DNA of 64,000 nt from Psammoneis japonica. Taxonomy: Eukaryota. The notes below the pieces were generated by a model that worked only from the letters and a program-made list of their open reading frames with translations, did no database searches and was not told the DNA's origin. This document shows, piece by piece, positions 47,028 through 59,188 of this stretch. A program made the translations under genes and the position numbers. The stretch is from positions 621,998-685,997 of the forward strand of contig QPGO01000015.1 in the NCBI GenBank assembly GCA_008632985.1, in the 5' to 3' direction. Position 1 is the stretch's first letter. Each line of letters starts with the position of its first letter.

Positions 47028-49249
47028 TTCGAGGTATAGTTTCTTTCGGTTCGGCTTACGGTAGTTGTGCATACTATGAAATCCATTTAGGTGTAGTAAC
47101 AGAGGTATGTAAGATGCCTCACCTGCAATGATAGGTAGCGATTTTCAATTTGTGTAATGACGCTCATCCTGGATATGCTAGAAGAAAAGTGTGACAAAAC
47201 AAACCATTGGTGTCACCATCGTTGCCACCTTCCTTACTCAGCATCCTTTGCGTTGTCTCCCCGCTGTCTTGTCTCCGGCTCTTAATCGTCAGACACAGGA
47301 AATGCTGGTTTCGGTTGCGAACGGTCGATCTTGCGTGCTTCCGGCTTTCTTCTCGTCACCAAAGTCTTCAACGTCCAAGCTGGTGTGTCCGCTTTTAGAG
47401 ATATCCTCTAGGGTGTTCGTTTGTCTACGGTGTGAACATTGCTGTGGTCACTGGCAGTGTCGTTTTTCGCAGACTCACCCGAATGAGCGGCACTTTTAGC
47501 CACATTCAGCGACCCAACTTTAGAATTAGTGACTTTCACACCTCGTCCATCTCCGTGTATACTTGCAACGCTTCACTGGCTCCATTCTGTGTTGCTGCTG
47601 TCACCTGTTCTGTTGAGAGAGTCTCAAGTCTGTTTCAAATTGCCTCCACTTCATTTCTCCCCGATTGTTGCAGTGCTCGGAGCCTGTGATCTTTGAATTG
47701 ACCTTCAGTGTCACTGAGAATGAACTTCTGTGCATGGAGACCTTTCATTGTTTTCTTCTTTGTTTTGACCTCCACTGCCCCCAAAATCCAAGAGAGCATC
47801 CACTCTGCTTGCTGCTTGTGTTCAGACCGGCTTCCTTGCTTTCCTCTGATTCAGTTTTGTGCTCACCGACCACCAAGATCATCAACTGCTGCTCACCAGC
47901 TGTTAAAAATGAAAATTTTCAGCAAAACTGCACTGAAGGACAAACATGACAAAGTGTCTCAACATTCAAACAAAGTTGAGCTTGGCTGAGCCTGCACCAA
48001 CAACAGCACAAATGTCCATCTCAATGCAGCACACAGCAACAATTGTGCTGGCAACACTGGCAACCACAATCACAGCTTTTTGCATTTTTCGTCCCACTGA
48101 GCCCCCATCAGCACTGTTTTGTTCAGGAGTCATTGGTGGCACCAACTGCACTGCAGCCAGGGCATTTGTGAGAGGGGTGGAGCAGAAAACTCTGACACCC
48201 AGTGCTCCAATGCAGGTCACAGACTCTGGATCTTTGAGGTCCTCACCAGCAGCATCTTCACATTCCTCCTTGAGGTGCCCACCTTCCAGAAGATTGTCCT
48301 GCAGAAAGTGACAAAAGTCGGGGATGTCCAGTGCACATTGGAGAAATTCATGGTTGGCTGCATGCGGTGGCAGACCCAAGAAGGTTCAAGACCTCTCACA
48401 ATGGCTTCTGGACAGCTTGCACTTCAATTGGGGTCAAGCAGAAATGAGCGACAATGTCCAGCTCAATGCATCACACATGCTCTGGCAATTGACCCAATCC
48501 TCCAGCTTCCACCCAATGGTGGGAGTTCCATGCAATTTCATCCATGCAAACAAAAGCAAGAAACTCACCAGCAGCAAAGAAAACTCATTGATTGCTTTGC
48601 AGTTGCTTTGAGTCTCTTTGTTCACCAAGTCAAAAAAAACAACTCCTCATCAGCAAACAAATGAATGTGGAACAGCTGCAAGCATCTTTTTTGGTTGTTC
48701 TCTGTGCTTGTTTTCTTCTGGCTTCCTGTGGCTCTCATTTCAGCAATGCTTTCCATGGCAGTCAAAAGGTGCATCACAGCCACACCACACAAGAAAGAAT
48801 CATCTTAATTTTCAACTGCCACAAAGCTTGGCTTTGGACATTGCTCATTTCACCCTTTCTTGCTCTCATCTTCTAAAAGAATTCTCAACCAACAACACTG
48901 TGTCAAAGCTTCTGCACACAGACAATGGAAGTGATGATGAAGAGTGCTGGGCAAACCTGATGAGCTTGTGCAAACCCTGTGGATGAAGCCATGTGTAAAA
49001 TTTGCAAGATTTCTCACTTCAAACCAAGCACAATTTTTCAAAATTTTGATGATGTGGTGACTCAAAAATGCAGCACCTTTTGCAGTCATTAAAGTGCATT
49101 TGTTGCAACATGCCCATCTGGACTGGCATGTTTGAGAAATGGCTGGCAAGGAATTGCAGTTGATTTGAAACTTTCAACGTCACATGTGCAAGCTCCAGAA
49201 GAGAAAAAGACATTGTTGATCTGCCCTCTGTGGGGTGATGACCTCCCCT

Positions 49250-52200
49250 TGGTTTTGTGAGCAACATCCTTGATTGCCCCTTTCGCGTGCAAGAGGACCC
49301 TGTGGATGTTCAAGCGCTCGGCTTTTGACCCTTGGGCAGCACCCATAAAATCGTCGATGCATGTGTCCACACAGGACAACTGTCGGCGGCAGTGATGGTT
49401 CAGGTGAGGATCTGGGTGGTCGGGCACCGGAACAGCCATGGATGTTGGTGTTGGCAGCAATGCAGGAGCATGCTTTGGGATCTGACTTTGGGTTGAGTTT
49501 TCCAACAGGTGCGGAGTGGAGATTGTCCCCACACCAGTTCTTCGTTGGTGAGGTCGGCCACCATTTCGGTGGCAGCACTGAAGGTTGGGGGTGAGTTTGA
49601 CCACCCCATGGGCAGACGAGTTGGTGTGGCTGCCAACGGCGGCCGTTTGCCCGGAAGGTTTGGGAACACCACCCCCAACACATGTGCCCGGTCTGGGTTG
49701 AGATGGACCCCACAAAAGCCGTCTGCCAAGTCGACTTTCATGAGGTGCACTCACCCTTTTGCTGGATTTGCCAGGAGGATGTGTCGCAGCATCCTGTCCA
49801 AGGTGCGTCCAAATTCGTGGCCTTGACGGGGGTGTTCAGTTGCGTGGCATCGTTGGTGCCATGGAAAGTGCAGTCTGCGATTGGTCGCAGGCAACGTCCG
49901 TGTTGTGGGATGACCCCGATCGGGCTGAGCCTCAGCCCGGGTGTGTTTTGCACCTCGCCAAAGGGGACCACGATCCAAAATCCTTTCTTGACACAATCGG
50001 CCATGTCCTCACGCAAAAATTCGATGTGCTCATAAGCGGACTTGTGGGGGCCCCTGGCCAAACTTGCTTTCACTTCTTTGCGGTCCCATGGTGCATCTGC
50101 GACGGTGACAGGGACACCACTTGCTTGCATCCTTGCAAGATTTGGCAAGCGGGATGCTTGCGAGCCTTGCGCAACGGTCCCCGGTCACCCCTGCCGCTCG
50201 ATGACGCAACAAGCAACTGAGACCTCTAAGGCATGACAAGTTTGCACCACGACTTGTGTGCTTGCCCAGCTTGTCAAGTTGCACTGAGTTTGCGATGGCC
50301 TGTCTGTGCTTGGTGGGGCAGCTCCGCAAAGCTGTGGAGAATGCTCCGCCTGCAGGGGTGGCGGCACTGTCAACACACCGGCTGACAGCTGAAAAGGCTC
50401 TTGGCACCAAATCCCCACATTCGGTCCATTGCTGAAGACCTGTTCTGTCTTCCAGTGCTCAGTTGCCCATGTGAGGAGGTTTGATTGATCCTCCTCACTG
50501 TGGTTGTTGTGGTGGTCCGCACTGTGGCTGCAATTTGTGTTGCACTTTCCCTTGAGATCATGCGGGAGACATCGGGTCGCTCCAGCGGAGTCAACTGGAA
50601 GTGGGACCTGACTCACCTGACATCGGTGCCAACCCTGACCCTGGCCCTGACCCGGGGTGGCAAGACCAAACAGGTGCGGGTTGAGGCCTGGGTCATGTCG
50701 TCCCGATCATTGCCTGCGAACGAGAGGCCACACAGCATCAATGACAACGAGACTGACACGGGGACACGGAAGCACACGCCCAGAGCTTGACGCATCTCAT
50801 CCACTGTGTTCTGGATGGTGGTGACTCGTGATGCCTTGGCGGCCCTTGCGGATTCGTCCAAAGCATGGGGAGATGATCCTGATTGCACACAAGGCAAGTG
50901 TGCATCAACCGGATGACGCCCTGCTCTCCAAACGCTTGCGTGGGTGTTTTTCCTTGCTCCGCAGCCCTCTGCCTTGCAATTGCATCCAGGCGTTGTTGGC
51001 GCTGCTCGGCAGTGAGGTCGTCGTGGCATGCACTGCGGGGCAAACTTGGTTGGGTTGAATGGTGGCCCCTTGTCGGCAGGGGAGGTCCAGGTTCACCTTG
51101 TGGTCAAAAAACTGAACAAGGGTGGCGTTCGGGGGCTGAGGTAACGTGAGCCAGTCTTGCATGACCGCAGCAGCATTGGGGTCCCCAGCGGTGGCAACGC
51201 ATGCAACCTTTGGGTGGTCCAGCAAGGGTCGGAGGGCAGCCACCTGGTTGGCAGCGGTGGCTGCTCTGAACACCCCAGTGAAGGCCTGCTTGGGTGTCAA
51301 AGGGGCAGCCAAAAACAGTCTCACGTGCGCGAAGGGGACGTGCACAGTCCTTCAAGTTCAAACTTCAACCGCAGCAGCAGCATTCAGATGACGGCGGGTG
51401 CCAACCTGTCGGGGTTCATGGTGATCTCGGCAGTCATGGTGGCATCATCGGGTGCCAGCGTTCCAGCCGGTGCCAGGCCCTGTTCCTCCGCTGGGAACGG
51501 AACAGTGCTGAACTGGTTCAGTGCTGCGTCCCCGGCTGGGGCGCAGGCATTTCTGTCCCAGGGCTGGGGTGGGCCTGCCATGGTCACGGGACACCATGAC
51601 GTGCGGTGGCAGAGCTGGATAGATCCGGGTCCCTGGGCGTTGGCCGCGCGGCACTGACGAATCAACACCATGGGAACATTGTGCTCCGAAGCGGCCGCTG
51701 CTCTCTCCGCCAACACTTGGGGGTCATGCCGTGATTGTCCCTGAGCTGCAGCTGCAAAGTCAGTCATGACCTCGGCGCAGTTGTTTTGGTGAGGGTCCTT
51801 GGTTGCGGTGGCACAAAAGTCATCACATGTCCGCATCACCGGAGGCGGGACGATCGGCGGTGCGCCCCGGGGGGCCAGCGGTTGAGGCGCTGACATTGGG
51901 CCCGCAGAATTCTGTGTGCGAGCTCCGCAGTACAAGAATTTAATCAATGGACACATTTGTCTTCAACATCAAATAAACTGCCAAGTTTGTGGTGCAATTG
52001 TGCCTCTTGCCACTCGACGTTTCTGCAAATGCGCCTGCCCTGCGCGATTCTTAAGACATTGTAGAATCGCGCTGCAACAAAAAATGTCAAAAGTTGTTGG
52101 ACGGATCACTCAATAAGTGCACCGTAAAATGACACAAAATGTCAAAAAAATCACGTAGAAATCTACATGCGCAACATGCGACGTGATTCAAAAAACTGTC

Positions 52201-52420
52201 GATGTCACAGCTCAGCAGTGCGAGGTCCCACCCAGACCTGGAACGCGTCTTGTGCGGCTGGCCCGCCTGGGGCATTGGGTGCATTCTGTCCTGGTTGTGC
52301 TGGGTGCGCCGTGGGAGGAACCGGGTGAATCGGCACGGGCAGCACAACAGGTGGCGGTTGTGCATTGTTTTGCGCTGGCGGTGCTCCGCCAGCCGGTGCT
52401 CCATTTGGTGCCTGCATGCA
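49250..52420 (-). mobile_element. DIRS/Ngaro-like retrotransposon remnant (gag-like region and RT)
   Basis: RT motifs LRLSPIGVIPQ..R.R.IAD, KVDLADGF, LPMGWSNSPP.F and DTCIDDF (YxDD); Pro/Ala-rich gag-like ORFs upstream. No tyrosine recombinase recognised. Confidence 0.75.
51959..52121 (+). repeat. Dispersed repeat, copy B
   Basis: Homologous to 34692-34848; lies in an insert of about 290 bp within the gag-like region. Confidence 0.88.
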
Positions 52421-52929
52421 GTCAACAACGAGATGTTATGAGTCTTCCTGCGATCGAAAGAAAACAGCGAAGGTATCCTTCGAAACGACGGCCAATAGCG
52501 AAATTAACTATCTACAACGTCGCCTCAGTTTTCTTTCGTTCTCCGGAAGAATGAGAAGAAAACGAGAGGCGGCGACTCATGTGACAATCTGCGGCACGTT
52601 CAACGTACGTACGAGCTTCAATTGGTCCTGAGCTCGCATGATGCTTCGACTTTGCGAGGACAGCGGGGAGGAAGCGAAGAGCCGAAAACAAAGGAAGCGA
52701 CACGCGCAGATCGTAACGCATTCCAAGTTCCGCGCGCATTTCCCAGTTCGGATTTTCGATCACTGGATCACCAATCACCACCATGCATCATCAGATCATC
52801 AGTCATCCGCTTCCTGCTTATTACTCGTACTGTACCGGTGCGATTCCAGATTGACCCTTGACCCCTACGTAACATTTCTTCTTTCTTCCTTGTTGATCTG
52901 GTTGAGATCGTCTGCATTACTTGCCTGTC

Positions 52930-53572
52930 ATGGTGCTCCATCTTCTGTTCGTGAAGGCAGAGCTAGAAAATATCAGGTACAGGATACGTGCCGTGTTGGC
53001 CACTTTTCACTCCTCTCCAAAGATACGCTTTCGCTCAGCTTTCCATCATCTTTTCCTTTCGAATATTTTTTGCGGCGCTTGAATACAGTGACCTGTCATT
53101 GATCGAAGATAGCGAGATTTGTGTTTCTGTGAGGAATCCACTCTCAGATTTCGAAGTGCGAGAGAAAGTGACCTTCAGTCTCACCGAAACCGTAGAAAAG
53201 GAGGAAAACTCGAGGGAGCCACCATGCCAGTTTGCGCTAAAATGGGAAGGGAGCCACAAACGTTCTACACTAGAGGTGCTTAGTGCTGCAGGGGCGAAGG
53301 CGGCATTGAAAAAGAAAAAATACAAAGGAGAGCAGCCCAGGTCATTGACATCGGAGGACAGCGGGAATTGGGTGCCAGTTTTAGCGATTGAATGCCGTGG
53401 GCTAGAACCTTATGCATACCATGCTAGAAACGAGTTTTCAGTTGAAAGTGAGGGAGGAGTAAAGTTTGACGAAGACGTAGACTTGAGTGAAGGAGATTGG
53501 GCAGAGTACGACGAAGAGAATGATGCGGCGATATCAATTTCCGACTTCGAAACAAAATTTGAAGCTGTATGA
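52930..53572 (+). CDS. UPF0587/DUF866 (CZIB/C1orf123-like) protein
   Basis: Exon 1 MVLHLLFVKAELEN; C-terminal ECRGLEP...F..DVDLSEGDWAEYDE. Confidence 0.85.
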
Positions 53573-53615
53573 CGATGCGTTTCAAGTATTTTTGCAGGCG
53601 TTTAAGTGCAGGCGT

Positions 53616-56347
53616 TTAAGTTGTTTTAAAGAAATGAGGAGCAACTTCTGTTAACCAGCTTTCTCGAACTTGTGTGACTCCACGTATGTACGCCTTTTTT
53701 GTCGTTAGAAGTTCAGTATAAACAACACACTTTGGGGCAGGATTTCGGCCGAACATGGATGACGTTGGGTGAATTGAGACTTCTCGACTGCCGATCTTGG
53801 TGCGATATCGCCCTCGTGACGAGTCCAACTTCCCCGATCTACCTCGCGCATCAACCTCCACTGTTGACTTGATCCGAGATGCCACTTGAAGGAACAAACC
53901 AGCGCAAACACATTTTAGAAACACTTCCAGATCTTGACCACAGGACGTCGTTGAATCCATCCCAAGACCGTTTTTGTCCGTTGCACGATTGCAAATGACG
54001 GCAAGCTGATTCCGAACATCGTATGCCCGTGTCAGCGCACGTCCACTGATAAAATTTCTCGTGCACCATTCACCATGAAGCAGCCTGCGACTAGTTCCAC
54101 CAGTTTTGGACGACTCTTCCAGTTGCCTCTTTTTCTGAGCTTTCCTCCCACCAGCCATCGGAGGCACATAAATCGCCTCGGTTCTCCAGGCTTCGTAAAC
54201 TCGAAGAAGCGTTGGTAGATCGCCCTCGTGACTTGCGAATCTGCGATGCGCAGCTGCTGCCTTGGCAGCAACAGACCCGCCATCTGAAGCAGAATTCGAG
54301 AGGTTAGTTCCTCCCGGCGGCCGGTAGAAGATGTTCTCAGCACTCAACATGGAAACTGCCGTGAGAATCTCGGACGTGCAACCATACTTATTGCTCTGTA
54401 CCAGCAAATGTGCAAACACAGGTTCTAGTGGCAATCTGGCTAGCTGTTTCCCATGCGAAGTAAGGCCCATTTTCTCGTCAATCGCACCAAGAGCGAACAA
54501 CAATTCAAATGCTTTCAAAAGGGTCTGAGAATCTGGCGGGGTCAAAAAGTCGAACGTTCGTGGATCGTGAACACCCATTCCCTTTAGTTGAAGGACTATC
54601 TGCGCCAAGTTGACACGCAGAATTTCGGGAACAGTTGTCTCTTCGAGTGTGTCGTAGGCAGTCTCAGGATAAAGTCGGAAGCACAACCCTGCTGACACTC
54701 GTCCCGCACGACCGGCTCGTTGCGCAGCCTTGTATATCAAAATAAGGTGAATGAGAAGGTGAAAACGCCTGGACTACGAACTGGAGCATCATAAGTCTTA
54801 CCTGAGCCTTACTGATGTCCGCAACGGTGAGCGTTTCCATTCCGGTCGCGCCGCTAAAATCCCTCATCTTGTGTTTGCCGCAGTCTACGACGTAGCGAAT
54901 ACCCTCCAACGTGACCGACGTTTCAGCCAAATTGGTTGAAAGGATTATCTTTCGAGTGCATCCCTGAGGTTTCGGTTGGAATGCAAACATTTGTGCCTCC
55001 GGAGGCAAAGCAGAGTACAACACGCAAACAAGGACTCCGTTAACAATCGACGAGTTATTTCCCGAGAGAACATCTGTGCCGATCCCTCGAATCGATTGAA
55101 CAATATCTTGTTTATTCGATGACACGGAAGCCGCCAGATCATCGTCCTCTGCTAAGTGTTTCTTCAGCAATGATGCCAAATCTTCAATCTCCTCTTGTCC
55201 TGGAAGAAATACAAGAAGATCGCCGTCGTCAAACGTTGAGTGGATTTGAAGCGCTGTCGACAAGGCCGCGTCAATGTAGTCTTCTTGAGGTTCCCTTGTG
55301 TAAACAATCTGGACTGGATATTGCCTTCCTGGTACCTTAATCATTGCCGCACGAGGAAAGAACCGCGTGAATGTGTCTACATCCAGAGTCGCGGACATGA
55401 CCACTACCTTTAACGGCGGTAAGCCAAGCTGCTGCGCTCGCTGACGCATCCGTATTTGTATGGTTTCGTCCTTGCTTTTGCTTGAGTCAGTTTCGCTTGT
55501 TGTTGGTCCATCGTCCTCCCTTATGTGTCTGGCTTCCATTGCCCGCTTGACGACGCCAAACAGAATGTCGGTCTGAAGCGATCGCTCATGCGCTTCATCA
55601 AGTACAATCACACCGTAACGCGTGAGAAGAGGATTCACGGTTGCTTCTCGAAGAAGCATACCATCTGTAGCATATATTATTCTAGTTGTATTTGGCCCGT
55701 GTGTGTCAGTGCAGTCGTCAAAACGAACACGATGCCCAACCTATCCATGCATCGTAACAACCGGAAGAAGGTAAGCATTTTTTTGAGCCCAGCTTACGGG
55801 AAAGTGTTTTCTAAAGGAAGTAGTACAAAGTCAAACTCACGATTGTTCCCGGCAAACATCCCATTTCCTCAGCGACCCGTTTTCCCACGGTGATAGCCGC
55901 GACGCGGCGCGGTTGGGTTACGCAGATCGATCTAGCAAATCCTTTCTTGTTGCTTCTACGACGAAGACACCCACTTTCAAGAATGTATGCGGGTATCTGT
56001 GTCGATTTTCCACTACCCTTTTACATGTACATCAAAATGAAGGAGATGCTGTAAGTCAGAAAGGTGGAGAACTCACTGCAATCATTCCCACGTGAATATG
56101 AAGCTACGGTACATACCGTTTCAGCAACGACCAGCACAGCATCTTTATCGGAAACTAGCTTGCATATTTCTTTCTTGTATTTGTAGACAGGAAGATTCCG
56201 ACTCGTAGAGATACGACTTTTGTCATTACTTTTGGTAGCGCTTGAAGGGTTTAAAGTTTTTGCTACCAGCCCGTGGATTTTCTTTCTTTTCTTGGATTGA
56301 TGGGAGACCTGAACCTGAACATCGCGGTTGTGATGTTCTTTAGTCAT
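53616..56347 (-). CDS. DEAH-box RNA helicase (DHX33/Dhr2-like), multi-exon
   Basis: Motifs [44 protein letters not shown] and QRAGRAGR, then HA2 and OB-fold regions. Confidence 0.9.
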
Positions 56348-56723
56348 GACGAAAAGGTAAAATCCCCCTTTTCTTCTCTCCCTCGATCTTTGCTTGCAAA
56401 CCTACTTTGAAGAACTCTGAACAATACCATTAGATGCAAGTTGCTAGCCTACCGGTATGCCGGTCGTCATTGTTGAATTGTTGTGTTGCTCCTGTTGCTT
56501 GCGACTTGCGATTTGCGATGGGAAAGACTATTCCTAGAGTCGATTTGATTGACGATGATTCCAGATGCCAGATTCCACGCCAATCGACCAAAGATTCTTC
56601 GGAACTTTGAACGAAAAGATACAGTACATCCGTACGTAACGTAGGTTTGTAAGTACGTTTCTACGTGTAGGTGCTCTGCAGCATCTTCTCTCACTCATTT
56701 CTTTGGGCCATCTGCAGTAAACC

Positions 56724-58853
56724 ATGTTCCTCGTTGCCGCTCGCCGCAAAGGCGTGTCTTCGATTGTACGTTCTCAGGCCGTTCGTGCTCAAAGTACTCA
56801 GGTTGAGAAAGGCACTGCCGGTCCTATCGGTGAAGATGGTCGCCATGAACTTTGGCGAGAAGGTATCTACGATCACGACAACGAACCCAAGTGAGTAATC
56901 GGTGGTTTCAAGTTTGTGACGCCGGCATGACGCAACATACTGGTGGATTCGTAGAATTCTACGGGGTTCGCAGTTCGCATTTTGCGTCATGCGTTTTCTC
57001 CCTCCAACCTCCGATGAAAATTCAGAAATTTTGGATGGCATGCCGGTGATGGGAATGTGTGCTTTGATCAATGTTATTCTGTCAATGATATTGTACCAGA
57101 TGTCCCCTTTATCTTGTTAGCAATAATGTACGTGTTGAAAGCTCACATTAAATTATTCTTCTGTTTGGAAACACAGGGTGAAGCGTCGTGATGGGACCTA
57201 CCAGACGATCGAGAAGCTTCGAGGGTTTCTGAACTACCAGAGAAATCCTGAACCATACCGCAAACCTCTAGAACGTGTAATGGACTGGGGTGAACTTAAT
57301 CCCGTAGAAGGAGACGATCTGAAGCATACAGCCATCGAGAAAAAGGTTCAGGCTGCACGTTGTATGGACTGCGGAACCCCCTTTTGCCAAACTCACTCTG
57401 GTTGCCCCATTAACAACCTCATTCCCGAGTGGAACAATCTGGTCTACCAAGCCCAGTGGGGGGATGCCATCGAACGCCTACACAAAACGAACAACTTCCC
57501 CGAATTCACGGGTCGCGTATGCCCTGCGCCCTGTGAGGGTTCCTGCGTCGCTGGTCTGGTCGACAGTCCAGTTACCATCAAAAACATCGAGTATGCCATT
57601 GTTGACCGCGCCTGGCAGGATGGCCTTATCACTCCTCGAATCCCCAAGGAACGTACGGGAATGACTGTTGCAGTCGTGGGGTCCGGGCCATCGGGTCTAG
57701 CCTGTGCAGATCAGTTGAATCAGATGGGACACAAGGTCACCGTTTACGAACGTGCTGATCGCATCGGAGGCCTCCTGATGTACGGAATTCCAAACATGAA
57801 ACTGGAGAAAGAAACAGTCGATCGTCGCGTCAATCTTCTTCGTGAAGAAGGCATTGAATTCATCACCAATGCGGACATTGGACGAACGGTGGATGTGAAT
57901 GAACTCCGCGCCAACTACGATGCGCTCACGCTGTGTCTAGGCTCCACTAAACCGCGTGATCTTCCGGTTCCTGGACGCGACTTGAAGGGAATCCACTTTG
58001 CAATGGTACGTTTTGACGGAATGTGAATGAGTCTGTATCTGGATTTATCGGGGGATTTCTTTTTACTTTGGCTAACGACTCTTTTCTAATTATATCTTTC
58101 CAGGAGTTCTTGACTGCAAACCAGAAGCGCCTGCTCATGACTAAAGACGGAACTCTGGAGTCGAAGTGGGAGAAAGATAACTTCATCACGGCTGCTGGCA
58201 AGGATGTGATTGTTATCGGCGGCGGAGACACGGGAACAGACTGCATCGGAACGTCCATGCGCCACCGATGCAAATCTGTAACCAATTTTGAACTCATGCC
58301 TCAGCCACCAATGGAGCGCGCACCGGATAATCCTTGGCCTCAGTGGCCGCGTGTCTTTGGTGTTGATTACGGTCATGCTGAGGTTCAAGCTGTTTTTGGA
58401 AAGGATCCTCGCGTCTATTCGGTCATGACAAAGGAGTTCATCGGAGATGATGAAGGAAATGTCAAGGCTCTAGTGACGCAGGACGTGGAGATCACGGACA
58501 AGGGTCCGAAGGCTATCGAAGGAAGCGAGAAGGAATGGCCTTGCGACCTTGTAGTGTTGTCGATGGGCTTTCTTTCGCCAGAGGATTACATCGCAAAGGA
58601 CCTTGGCCTTGACCTCGATCAGAGAAACAATATTCACGCTGTTTACGGCGACTTCAGGACCAGTGTGGAAGGTGTTTTTGCTGGAGGTGATTGTCGACGC
58701 GGGCAGAGCTTGGTCGTGTGGGCGATCAATGAAGGACGTGGAGTCGCGGATGCAACAAATGAATATCTCGAGCAGAAGAGGGAAGATGAGACAGCCGCTA
58801 CTCAGTCGGTGAGCAAGTTTGCAAATCTTTCTTCCTTGTCGCCAAGAATTTAA
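56724..58853 (+). CDS. gltD: Glutamate synthase small (beta) subunit
   Basis: Motifs [37 protein letters not shown] and [17 protein letters not shown]. Introns 56891-57176 and about 58006-58103. Confidence 0.92.
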
Positions 58854-59188
58854 GATGTTAAGATAGTAGCCCTCATTTTTTATATGCATTGCAACTACCT
58901 GCTTAGAGAGGAGAGCAAGATCAGAAGGGTGACTGCGCGTTTCTGTCTATTCCCTGAAAATTGGCCCGTCTGCTGCCTGTTAATTTCGCGATCAGTGTGG
59001 GACGAAAGGGAGAGATGATAAGAGTAGGCATATGCTGCAGAGGAGTTGTGTAACGCGTGAAAAACTTGGATTTATAGCAGGGCTTGATTGCGAATCATGC
59101 CTCAACTTGCTTTCAAAAGGCTAAATCAAAAACATCTGTGAAGGGTGCAATTTGAACTCTCGATTATGATTTGTGACGTCAGACAGAT

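Larger units (their letters stand above)
47570..52430. other. TpA-depleted transposon block 3
   Basis: TA nearly absent; decayed TE ORFs including a reverse transcriptase. Boundaries approximate. Confidence 0.88.
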
